This document shows positions 47,922 through 56,430 of a stretch of 64,000 nt of DNA, piece after piece. The translations under genes and the position numbers were made by a program. This DNA comes from an uncultured virus (IMG/VR IMGVR_UViG_3300046532_001410). Taxonomy: Duplodnaviria > Heunggongvirae > Uroviricota > Caudoviricetes. The notes under the pieces are model-generated. The model searched no databases, had not been told where the DNA came from, and saw only the letters and a list, made by a program, of their open reading frames with translations. The stretch's first letter is position 1. Every line of letters begins with the position of its first letter. Where the stretch lies: IMG/VR virus record IMGVR_UViG_3300046532_001410. One strand, written 5' to 3'.

Positions 47922-48614
47922 ATGGCCAAATTAAAAGATATATTAAATGAAAGTTTCTCACTCGTGGGTGGAGTAGTTTCCATACCCGCAATAGGTGGTG
48001 GAACACATACAGGATTAAGTGATATTGTAGAAGATATCTATGGGAGTTCTGAAAAGGTTTCCGCTAAACAAGTACAAGAATCTATGACACAATTCACAGA
48101 ATATGGTAAAGTATTTAGTAATCCTAATAATTTAAAAGAGATTGCTGAAAAGCTTTCTGAAATTGCAACTAATGCAAAATCATATACACTAAGTGAAACG
48201 GATGATTGGTTTGATAAAGTTACGGTCAATCGTAATATGAAAGAGTTAACTAATTTATCAAAATCATTTGGTAAGATTGCAAAAGAATCCAATTCTTTAC
48301 AACAAAGAATGGGTGGATTATATGAAGATATGGGACACGTTCTTGGTAGATACTTTGAATTAGAGGGTGGAGACGAAGACCACGAAGCAGGACATGAAGA
48401 AGAACCACAAGCAGACCAAGAAGATGCTATGATTAAAAAAGGTTTAAAAAATATAAAAGGTGCTGATATAAAAGAGGGCGATTATGATGTGTTCTTTCAA
48501 GCAGCAATGAAAAAATTTGGAATTAGTTCACCAGATGAATTAGAAGATGATAAGAAAAAAGCGTTTTTTAATTATGTGGACAAAAATTACAAAGCAGATA
48601 ATGAAACAGATTAA
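47922..48614 (+). CDS. Putative prohead core/internal protein with MAKL...NE leader
   Basis: MAKLKDILNES; helical core; C-terminal module after IKE-G. Confidence 0.65.
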   Translation: MAKLKDILNESFSLVGGVVSIPAIGGGTHTGLSDIVEDIYGSSEKVSAKQVQESMTQFTEYGKVFSNPNNLKEIAEKLSEIATNAKSYTLSETDDWFDKVTVNRNMKELTNLSKSFGKIAKESNSLQQRMGGLYEDMGHVLGRYFELEGGDEDHEAGHEEEPQADQEDAMIKKGLKNIKGADIKEGDYDVFFQAAMKKFGISSPDELEDDKKKAFFNYVDKNYKADNETD

Positions 48615-48629
48615 CAAGTAGAGGTTATA

Positions 48630-48833
48630 TTGATAAAAGTAGAAGTCCGAAAAGGACAACCGATAGAAAAAGCAATTGCTATCTTTAAGAAAAAAGTAAA
48701 ACAAAGTGGGTTGATGTTAGAATTGAGAGACCGTTCATTCTATAGTAAGAAATCCGATATTCTTAGAGAGAGAAAGAAAAAAGCTATTTTAAGAAACAAG
48801 TATAAAGTATTAAAAGAAAAAGAAACTGAATAA
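48630..48833 (+). CDS. rpsU: Phage-encoded 30S ribosomal protein bS21
   Basis: 67-aa basic protein, V.VR.GQPIEKAIAIFKKKVKQSGLMLELRDRSFYSKKS...R, matching the bS21 pattern; TTG start after GAGG. Confidence 0.88.
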   Translation: MIKVEVRKGQPIEKAIAIFKKKVKQSGLMLELRDRSFYSKKSDILRERKKKAILRNKYKVLKEKETE

Positions 48834-48867
48834 TACACACTTTATGTGCACATTTTTTAGTTTCTGT

Positions 48868-48875
48868 ATATTTAT
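48868..48875 (+). promoter_or_regulatory. ATATTTAT motif, putative late promoter for scaffold/major capsid operon
   Basis: Intergenic, ~115 nt before the scaffold ATG. Confidence 0.62.
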
Positions 48876-48886
48876 ATAAAACGAAA

Positions 48887-48983
48887 TACACTTTCGTATT
48901 ATTCAATACATCATAAAGTGTACCCTGATTAAAACTAATCATATTATTGTTCCTAATAACAATACTGAAATCCAATTATGGAG
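48887..48983 (+). promoter_or_regulatory. Structured 5' leader of scaffold gene (several hairpins)
   Basis: Complementary pairs TACACTTT/AAAGTGTA, GTATT/AATAC, TGATTA/TAATCA, TATTGTT/AACAATA and TCCA/TGGA. Confidence 0.5.
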
Positions 48984-48990
48984 AAACAAA

Positions 48991-50094
48991 ATGGATGATT
49001 TACTAAAAGAAGCCATTGCCGACGCAAAAGCAGTTAGAGAAACTGCATTAGCAAACGCTAAAATGGCACTTGAAGAAGCATTCACACCACAACTTAAATC
49101 AATGTTGTCGAAGAAAATTCAACACGAAATTGAAGATGAAGAATCTGAAGATGGAGTTGAAGAAACTTACGATGAAGATGAAGCACCAGACGGAGCCGAA
49201 GAAGCTCCTGCTGATGACCAACATTCTGATGAAGATGCTGCTGTAGAAGAAGCTGAAGTTCCTGATGATGAAGAAGCGGCTGAAGAGCCAGTTTCAACTG
49301 AAGGTGAAGAAGTAGACGATGCAGAAGAATCTGAAGAAGATGCAGTGGAAGAATCCGAACACGAAGCTGAAGAAGCTGAAGATGAGGACGACCTTGATTT
49401 AGAATCTATTCTTGCAGAATTAGAAGCAGACATCAAAGAAGAAGAAGATGAAGAACCAGTCGATGAGGACTTGGAAGATTCATCTGATATCGGAGAAGAT
49501 GATAATGCTGTTGATGACGATTCAAATGACTCTTCCGAAACTGGCGCGCAAGCACCAGAAGGTGAAGGAGCAGATGAAGAAGCTGGAGACGAGGGTGAGG
49601 ATGAAACCGCACCTGAAGCTGAACAACATGCTGACGAAGATGCTGACGTCGATGAAGATATTGATTTAGAAGAAGTTCTTAAAGCACTATCTGAAGAGGA
49701 AGATGAAGAAGATTCGGTTGAGGAAGTGAAAAAGCTTTCGAAAGAAATTAAGGAACATAGAGATGTTGTAAAATATCTTCGTTCAAAACTAAATGAAGTT
49801 AACCTATTAAATGCGAAACTATTGTTTTCCAACAAACTTTTCCGTGCGTTTGGTCTAACCAACGAACAGAAAATGAAAGTTGTTGAAACTTTTGATAGAG
49901 CAGCAAATCTTAGAGAGATTAAACTTGTGTATTCTACACTTGCAGAATCATTCCAAGGTCGTAAAGCTCAACCTATTAAGGAATCAAAAGGTTCAAGTTC
50001 GAAAACAGTCGCTTCAACAAAACCATCTAAAGATGTAATATCTGAAGGTAGTGATTTGAAGAGTCGTTTTCAAAAGTTAGCTAACATACTTTAA
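48991..50094 (+). CDS. Prohead scaffold/core protein (highly acidic)
   Basis: Long D/E-rich low-complexity centre with helical ends (LLKEAIADAKAVRETA; LNEVNLLNAKLLF; RFQKLANI); immediately before the MCP. Confidence 0.85.
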   Translation: MDDLLKEAIADAKAVRETALANAKMALEEAFTPQLKSMLSKKIQHEIEDEESEDGVEETYDEDEAPDGAEEAPADDQHSDEDAAVEEAEVPDDEEAAEEPVSTEGEEVDDAEESEEDAVEESEHEAEEAEDEDDLDLESILAELEADIKEEEDEEPVDEDLEDSSDIGEDDNAVDDDSNDSSETGAQAPEGEGADEEAGDEGEDETAPEAEQHADEDADVDEDIDLEEVLKALSEEEDEEDSVEEVKKLSKEIKEHRDVVKYLRSKLNEVNLLNAKLLFSNKLFRAFGLTNEQKMKVVETFDRAANLREIKLVYSTLAESFQGRKAQPIKESKGSSSKTVASTKPSKDVISEGSDLKSRFQKLANIL

Positions 50095-50114
50095 TACTAT
50101 TGGGAGACACAATA

Positions 50115-51770
50115 ATGAGTAAAAAACTAAGTACAATAGAAAGCTTGATGGATGGTTATAATCCACAAAGACAACTATTGGAACAAACTCGCAAATTGGT
50201 CAAGAAATGGGAGCCAACAGGTCTTTTAGAAGGCATGGGCAAAGAACATGAAGTAAATGGAATGGCAGTACTGCTTGAGAATCAAGCTCGTCAATTAATT
50301 GATGAAGCCTCAAGAACTGGTACATCTGCAAACTCAGAAGAGTGGTCAGGTGTTGCACTTCCTTTAGTTCGAAGAATTTTTGGGGAGCTTGCTGCTCAAG
50401 AATTTGTTAGTGTTCAGCCAATGAATTTACCTTCAGGTCTGATTTTCTATCTTGACTTTAAATATGGTACTGCACAAACAGATAACCATACAAATAATGC
50501 TGATGTACATGGTAACACATCAGGTTCAAACGTAGACGCAACTGGCGGTTTATATGGCGCTGGTAAATTTGGATATTCAATCAACGACACCGATTCTGGT
50601 GTTCAAGCTGCAGCTGCAGCATTATCAAGTGGTAATTTTACTACTGGTTCTGCTGTCTGGGGTGATGTTGATTTTGAACCAGACTTATCTTCATCCATAT
50701 CAGCCGGCTATTTAGCTGATGATGGTTTGGCAAAAGTAACAATCCACACTGGTGGATTAAGTGATTTCGACTCAGATGGTGTTCGTGCATTCACAATTAG
50801 TGGTTCAGGCTTCGATGAAATATTCCCAGCTTACACTACTTATGATTCATCTACATCCGGAATAACTTTTATCGTAAGAAAAGACGTAGCAACTGCTATA
50901 AGCAATGTTGTCGTTTCTTTCCATAAAGTTAAAGGTCAGAATTATGATAGAACTGACTTCGAAGCAACTGCTGCACAAGTCGATACAAACCCAGAAGGTG
51001 ACATCGACATTCCTGAATTAGATATTGCATTAAAGAGTATTCCGATTATCGCGAAAACTCGTAAGTTAAAAGCTGTCTGGACTCCAGAACTTGCTCAAGA
51101 CTTAAATGCTTATCATTCAGTTGATGCTGAAGCTGAATTAACAGCACTATTAAGTGAATATATTTCAATGGAAATTGATTTGGAAATTCTTGATATGTTG
51201 TTTGCTAATGCTTCTGCTAAGAATGAAAAATGGTCAGCAAAAGTTGGTAATGAATACAATTCTGCAACCGCACTTTTCGAAGAAACAGCTGCTAACGCAT
51301 CTGCTTACACGAAAGGAACTTGGTTCCAGACATTGGGTAACAAAATCCAATCAGTATCAAACGCAATTCATCAAAAAACTCTAAGAGGCGGAGCAAATTT
51401 CATCGTGGTATCACCTGAAACTGCTACAATTATAGAGTCAATTCCTGGATATGCTGCTGATACGAATGGTGATGCTACTAATTCATCTTTCGCAATGGGC
51501 GTACAAAAAGTAGGAGCTCTTAATAACAGATATACTGTCTATAAGAACCCTTACATGCTCGAGAACAAAATCCTATGTGGTTTCCGAGGAAGTAATTTCC
51601 TTGAAACCGGTGCGGTTTATGCTCCGTATGTTCCATTAATTATGACACCACTTGTCTATGACCCTAAGAACTTTACACCACGTAAAGGGGTAATGACACG
51701 TTACGCTAAGAAAATGGTTCGTCCAGAGTATTACGGAACAGTCACGGTCGCAGACATAAACTTAGTTTAA
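50115..51770 (+). CDS. Major capsid protein (T4 gp23-like)
   Basis: LLENQ, PLVRR, VQPMNLPSGLIFYL, AKTRKLKAVWTPELAQDL.AYH, YAPYVPL and PRKGVMTRYA; GGGAG before ATG 50115. Confidence 0.97.
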   Translation: MSKKLSTIESLMDGYNPQRQLLEQTRKLVKKWEPTGLLEGMGKEHEVNGMAVLLENQARQLIDEASRTGTSANSEEWSGVALPLVRRIFGELAAQEFVSVQPMNLPSGLIFYLDFKYGTAQTDNHTNNADVHGNTSGSNVDATGGLYGAGKFGYSINDTDSGVQAAAAALSSGNFTTGSAVWGDVDFEPDLSSSISAGYLADDGLAKVTIHTGGLSDFDSDGVRAFTISGSGFDEIFPAYTTYDSSTSGITFIVRKDVATAISNVVVSFHKVKGQNYDRTDFEATAAQVDTNPEGDIDIPELDIALKSIPIIAKTRKLKAVWTPELAQDLNAYHSVDAEAELTALLSEYISMEIDLEILDMLFANASAKNEKWSAKVGNEYNSATALFEETAANASAYTKGTWFQTLGNKIQSVSNAIHQKTLRGGANFIVVSPETATIIESIPGYAADTNGDATNSSFAMGVQKVGALNNRYTVYKNPYMLENKILCGFRGSNFLETGAVYAPYVPLIMTPLVYDPKNFTPRKGVMTRYAKKMVRPEYYGTVTVADINLV

Positions 51771-51826
51771 TTAATTAGTTAATTAAATTAAAGTCGTAAG
51801 TGGTGTTTATTAATACCACATAACCT

Positions 51827-51857
51827 GAAAAAGGGGTGATTTATTCACCCCTTTTTC
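51827..51857 (+). terminator. Rho-independent terminator after major capsid gene
   Basis: Perfect 13-bp inverted repeat GAAAAAGGGGTGA-tttat-TCACCCCTTTTTC including a T tract. Confidence 0.88.
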
Positions 51858-51866
51858 TATGCACTG

Positions 51867-51874
51867 ATATTTAT
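51867..51874 (+). promoter_or_regulatory. ATATTTAT motif, putative late promoter for neck/tail genes
   Basis: Immediately after the terminator; AGGAG 51902-51906, ATG 51914. Confidence 0.65.
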
Positions 51875-51913
51875 TATTGGAATGTTCTAAAGTAATTATA
51901 TAGGAGAATTTAT

Positions 51914-53071
51914 ATGGCACAAGAACCAATATGGCCAGGAAGTGGTTCGGCAGTAAGTGAATCTACACCTTTTGGATTTTATGATGGTGATTCAAGTTTT
52001 CAATCAGATGCACCAAAGTTTGCATCTTGGTGTGCAAAACGATTAGGTTATCCAATAACAGCGGTTGAAGTACAAGATTCACAATTTTATGCATGTTTTG
52101 AAGAAAGTATTACAGAATATTCATCTCAAGTTAATCAATTTAATATTAAAGATAATTTATTAAGTTTAAAGGGACAATCAACAAGTTCTAATTATACACA
52201 TAAACGATTATCTAATACTATGGGTGAACAGATATTCTTATCAGAAACCTATGGTACTGAAGCAGGTGTAGGTGGACAGGTAGAAGTTTATAAAAATAAG
52301 ATTACACTCACGAGTGGTTCACAAGATTATGATTTAAATGAATTAATAGCAGACACCAGTGGTAGTGGTCCAATCGAAGTTAAGAGAGTATTTCACGAAG
52401 CTAATCCAGCAATCACAAGGTACTTTGACCCTTACGCTGGGACTGGAAATCAAACAAATAATATGTTAGATGGATTTGGGTTTGGTGGTAAATCACCAGC
52501 AATATCGTTTGTATTACAACCAGTATTTGCGGATTTACTTAGAGTACAAGCAATTGAATTTAATGACCAAATTAGAAAATCTGGACATTCATTTGAAATA
52601 GTTAATAACAAATTACGAATATTCCCACGATGGACAAGTACCGCAACAGGTTCACTATGGTTAGAGTGGAGTAAGGTAACTGATAGAGATAACGCATTAC
52701 GAACACGATATAGTGGTTCTTATGATACCATATCAGATATTAGTAATGCACCATATGATAATATGCAATATTCTAATATCAACGATGTTGGTAAACAATG
52801 GATTAGAAAGTATGGAATGGCATTATCAAAAGAGTTATTGGGTATGATTAGGGGCAAATATGGGAGTATTCCTATACCAGGTTCAGAAGTTAGTTTAGAT
52901 GGTGATACACTACGGGCAGAAGCAACTGCAGAAAAAGAACAATTGATAGAACAATTGAGGGAAATGTTAGACCAAACAAGTAATAGGGCTCTTATGGAAG
53001 CTGATAGAGAAGTTTCCGACAACTTACAAGAGAAGTTAAAGAAAGTTCCTTACCCAATTTATATAGGATAA
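51914..53071 (+). CDS. Neck/head-tail adaptor protein (T4 gp13-like)
   Basis: KRLGYPITAVEV and WIRKYGMALSKELLGMIRGKY...IPG..VSLDG; position after MCP. Confidence 0.78.
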   Translation: MAQEPIWPGSGSAVSESTPFGFYDGDSSFQSDAPKFASWCAKRLGYPITAVEVQDSQFYACFEESITEYSSQVNQFNIKDNLLSLKGQSTSSNYTHKRLSNTMGEQIFLSETYGTEAGVGGQVEVYKNKITLTSGSQDYDLNELIADTSGSGPIEVKRVFHEANPAITRYFDPYAGTGNQTNNMLDGFGFGGKSPAISFVLQPVFADLLRVQAIEFNDQIRKSGHSFEIVNNKLRIFPRWTSTATGSLWLEWSKVTDRDNALRTRYSGSYDTISDISNAPYDNMQYSNINDVGKQWIRKYGMALSKELLGMIRGKYGSIPIPGSEVSLDGDTLRAEATAEKEQLIEQLREMLDQTSNRALMEADREVSDNLQEKLKKVPYPIYIG

Positions 53072-53075
53072 TCAA

Positions 53076-53561
53076 ATGGCAAGTAGATATTGGCCAACAA
53101 GAGACACAAACTTAGCTAAACGATTCAACGATGAACTCGTGGGAAATCTCAAAGATGGAACAGAGGGAATCATTGGTCAAGATGTGATACTTTACAGAGT
53201 TTCATTATATGATACAACAACAAATATGTATGGTGAAGCAGGTGAGGGTAAAACTTATGAATCAGGAATTAAGTTATCGTGTATCATAGAGGCAGAAGAT
53301 TTCAATTGGGAATCAAATGAGTTTGGACCTGATGCAGGACAAAATATAACAATACATTTTCAACGAGATATGTTAATTGATGTTAGTTTCAGACCTGATA
53401 TTGGTGATGTTATCAGTTGGAACTTAGGTTATTTTGAAATAAATAGTACGAATGAGAACCAATTAGTTGCAGGAGATTTTAATAAAAATTGGACAATCTC
53501 ATGTACAGCAAACTTAACAAGAATAAGTACACTAAATATTGAACAAACAAGGGCGTTTTAA
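53076..53561 (+). CDS. Head closure protein (T4 gp14-like)
   Basis: IGQDVILY...NMYGE...PDIGDVI...YFEI; synteny. Confidence 0.65.
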   Translation: MASRYWPTRDTNLAKRFNDELVGNLKDGTEGIIGQDVILYRVSLYDTTTNMYGEAGEGKTYESGIKLSCIIEAEDFNWESNEFGPDAGQNITIHFQRDMLIDVSFRPDIGDVISWNLGYFEINSTNENQLVAGDFNKNWTISCTANLTRISTLNIEQTRAF

Positions 53562-55252
53562 TGGCACGAAGTAAACCTATACCAAGAAGAGTTCGTAGAG
53601 ATTTAAACTCGGTTGCAATCCGTGATGATTATAATAGAGGTAATGAGATACGAAGAGATAATGATAAGGTACAAAACATATCAAATACCATTATGGATAT
53701 GGATGGTGCAATTATGTACTATTTTAATGAAGTAATTAAACCTAATGTCGTAGAAAATAAAGAAACAATTAAAGTTCCAGTTATGTATGCATCACCAGAG
53801 AGGTGGTTTTCTATACAAAAACAGGGATTTATGAGAGATAAACGACAACAATTAATTACACCAGCAATTGTATTTCGTAGAACTGGTATGGAGAGAAATG
53901 AAAATATACCTATCGATAAGATGGATGCAAACAAACCACACAATTTTCAAACATTCCAACAGAAATATTCACAGAATAATCGTTATGACCAATTTTCAAA
54001 AACTGTCGGTGAAACCCCGAATAAAGAATATTACAATGTAGTTATACCAGATTATATGATATTGAATTACGAGTTTACTATTTGGACTTCATATATAGAA
54101 CAGATGAATGCAATTGTAGAAAAGATAAATTATACGGATGGTGCTTATTGGGGTGAACCTGGTAAGATGAAATTCAAAAGTAGAATAGAAACCTTTACAG
54201 ATGCAAGTGAATTGGATGCTGGTGAACGAATAGTAAAGACTAATTTTAGTGTTCAATTAATGGGGTATATTATACCCAAAGAATTTAATAGTTTAATAAC
54301 TACAAGAAAACAACTCACACCAAAAAAGATTATATTCAATATGGATGTTGAGAAGAGTTCAGCAGAAATCTCTGCAGTTGGACCAGGTGGTGGGGTATCC
54401 ATTTCAACACCAGTACAAGATATATTTTCTATAGCGGTATCAAATGGATTAACATTTCAAGCAGGAACAGGTGTTACATTAAGTAATAATGGTGCAACAT
54501 TTGATGGTTCACAAGCAGTAGCACAAACAATTTCAATAGGTCAAGATGTTAGTACTACATCAAATGTAACCTTTAATCAGATAACTGCTGGTTCATTAAT
54601 ATTTGGTAATCCGACAGTCTATTCCTACACTGGTATTAGTGGTAGTGTAAATATAACAGGTTCATTAACTACAAGTGGAGACATGACTGTACAAGGTGAT
54701 ACCACAATATTAGGTACACTAACTGCAAAAGAATTTAAAACAACCTATGTTTCTTCGAGTATATTATTTGAAAGTGGTTCTACTAAGTTGGGAGATACCA
54801 TCGATGATAATCATCACAGAACTGGTAGTGTAAACATAACTGGTTCGTTTAGTTTAAATGGATATAGTATTAATGAACTATCTAATGATAATACATTAGG
54901 AGACCAAAGTACAACTACATTAGTAACTGAAGCAGCATTAAAAGCATTTTCTACAAGTAATATTGAGGATACACAAACCTATTTGAGAAAACAATATTAT
55001 AAATCTACTACTTCAATCTTGAATACTGCTACTGCAAGTTTCACAGCAGTAACGGCATCTGCACCTGCAGGTGTAACTGCAACAGATGAAAACGATTTCT
55101 TATTCTTTATCAACGGACAATATATGGAACATGATGCTATAACAATTCAACAGAGTGGTTCATCATTTTTACTACAAGTAGATACCGATGGAATTGGATA
55201 TGAATTAGAAAGTGATGATGAGATTATATCGGTAGGTAAATTTAACTCATAA
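53561..55252 (+). CDS. Tail completion/terminator-like protein (gp15-like N-terminus) fused to Ser/Gly/Thr-rich fibre-like C-terminus
   Basis: KVPVMYASPERW, PAIVFRR and PDYMILNYEFTIWT; C-terminal half paralogous to 55261..56106. Confidence 0.65.
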   Translation: MARSKPIPRRVRRDLNSVAIRDDYNRGNEIRRDNDKVQNISNTIMDMDGAIMYYFNEVIKPNVVENKETIKVPVMYASPERWFSIQKQGFMRDKRQQLITPAIVFRRTGMERNENIPIDKMDANKPHNFQTFQQKYSQNNRYDQFSKTVGETPNKEYYNVVIPDYMILNYEFTIWTSYIEQMNAIVEKINYTDGAYWGEPGKMKFKSRIETFTDASELDAGERIVKTNFSVQLMGYIIPKEFNSLITTRKQLTPKKIIFNMDVEKSSAEISAVGPGGGVSISTPVQDIFSIAVSNGLTFQAGTGVTLSNNGATFDGSQAVAQTISIGQDVSTTSNVTFNQITAGSLIFGNPTVYSYTGISGSVNITGSLTTSGDMTVQGDTTILGTLTAKEFKTTYVSSSILFESGSTKLGDTIDDNHHRTGSVNITGSFSLNGYSINELSNDNTLGDQSTTTLVTEAALKAFSTSNIEDTQTYLRKQYYKSTTSILNTATASFTAVTASAPAGVTATDENDFLFFINGQYMEHDAITIQQSGSSFLLQVDTDGIGYELESDDEIISVGKFNS

Positions 55253-55260
55253 GGTAATAG

Positions 55261-56106
55261 ATGCCATTATTTACATTTAAAAACCCATTAACAATATCAG
55301 ATGGAACAGGTTTCACATCATCCTTTGATGGTGAGATGGATGGGTTATTGCCGGCAATAAACGAATTAAGTATAGGGCAGACTGTTGCCACAAGTTCCAA
55401 TGTAACTTTTAACGAAACCAATCTTGATGAAACTCAAACATTTATTATTCCTAATAACGCCGGTACTCAAAATATGGTATTGGGATATGGGTTTATATCA
55501 GGTTCAACAATAGCATTTACAAATGACCTTGTTGTTAGTGAGAATTATACACATGAAGATGATGTAACAATATTGGGTTCAGTATCATATGAAGCTTCAA
55601 ATTTTAGTGGTTCATCAGTAACCACAATACATCAAAGTGGTAGTACAACTTTCGGTAATACACTCGATGATGTACATAATATAACTGGTAGTTATTCTAT
55701 TAGTGGTTCAATCAATATTAATGGTGTAGAAATAAATGAAATAAGTAATAATTCAGATTTTAGTGATGGGAGTAGTACTACACTCGTAACAGAAGCAGCA
55801 GCATACACAGGGGTGTTAGGTGATTCAGGGCCTAATAGTGTTTTCCTTAGAAAGAATTTTGCAAAATCGGGAACGATGACAAATTCAACTGCCTCATTTA
55901 CTGCAGTTACCGCATCAGTAAGTACATTAACAACTACAACAAAAAATGATTTTCAATTCTTTTTAAATGGTATGTTAATGGAACCAGATGCATTAACAAT
56001 AGAACAAAGTGGTTCTAAATTTTTAACCCATATAAATACTACATCGTTAGGATTTAATTTGGTAAGTGGTGATGAAGTGGTTGCTTGGGGAAAATTTAAT
56101 TCATAA
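55261..56106 (+). CDS. Virion structural protein, paralogue of the C-terminal half of 53561..55252
   Basis: Shared SIGQ.V.T.SNVTFN, TTLVTEAA, TASFTAVTAS, NDF.FF.NG and identical GKFNS terminus. Confidence 0.7.
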   Translation: MPLFTFKNPLTISDGTGFTSSFDGEMDGLLPAINELSIGQTVATSSNVTFNETNLDETQTFIIPNNAGTQNMVLGYGFISGSTIAFTNDLVVSENYTHEDDVTILGSVSYEASNFSGSSVTTIHQSGSTTFGNTLDDVHNITGSYSISGSININGVEINEISNNSDFSDGSSTTLVTEAAAYTGVLGDSGPNSVFLRKNFAKSGTMTNSTASFTAVTASVSTLTTTTKNDFQFFLNGMLMEPDALTIEQSGSKFLTHINTTSLGFNLVSGDEVVAWGKFNS

Positions 56107-56142
56107 ATATAGAGATTCCCACATTGGTTTTACCATTGTTTG

Positions 56143-56150
56143 ATATTTAT
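56143..56150 (+). promoter_or_regulatory. ATATTTAT motif, putative late promoter
   Basis: Intergenic, 4 nt before ATG 56155. Confidence 0.55.
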
Positions 56151-56154
56151 AAGT

Positions 56155-56430
56155 ATGAGAAAAAGAAGTTGGAAAGATAGAAAAAATAGAAAATGTCCAT
56201 CTTGTACTAAGATGTTAACATATTCAAGAAAAGATGCTTTTGATAGAGCAGTTGGTAATAATAGTGTGTGTAAATCGTGTGCACAATCTGATAGAAAGTT
56301 AACATTGGATACGATTGAAAAGATGAAACAACCAAAGACTATCCAACATAAGAAAAAGATTTCTAATTCAATACAGAATTGGTGGGAAGAACGTAAACAA
56401 GAAGAGATAAGACATGGCATTAATAGATAG
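56155..56430 (+). CDS. Small basic zinc-ribbon protein with NUMOD3-like tail
   Basis: CPSC...CKSC and K...HKKKISNS. Confidence 0.6.
   Translation: MRKRSWKDRKNRKCPSCTKMLTYSRKDAFDRAVGNNSVCKSCAQSDRKLTLDTIEKMKQPKTIQHKKKISNSIQNWWEERKQEEIRHGINR

Noticed and set aside
49167..49862. 231-aa minus-strand Ser-rich ORF
   Set aside because: Antisense shadow of the GAA/GAT-rich acidic scaffold gene; low complexity, no independent signals.
51762..51819. Two extra AT-rich inverted repeats between the MCP stop and the terminator
   Set aside because: Plausible 3' stabilising hairpins, but too AT-rich and short to call as a separate element.
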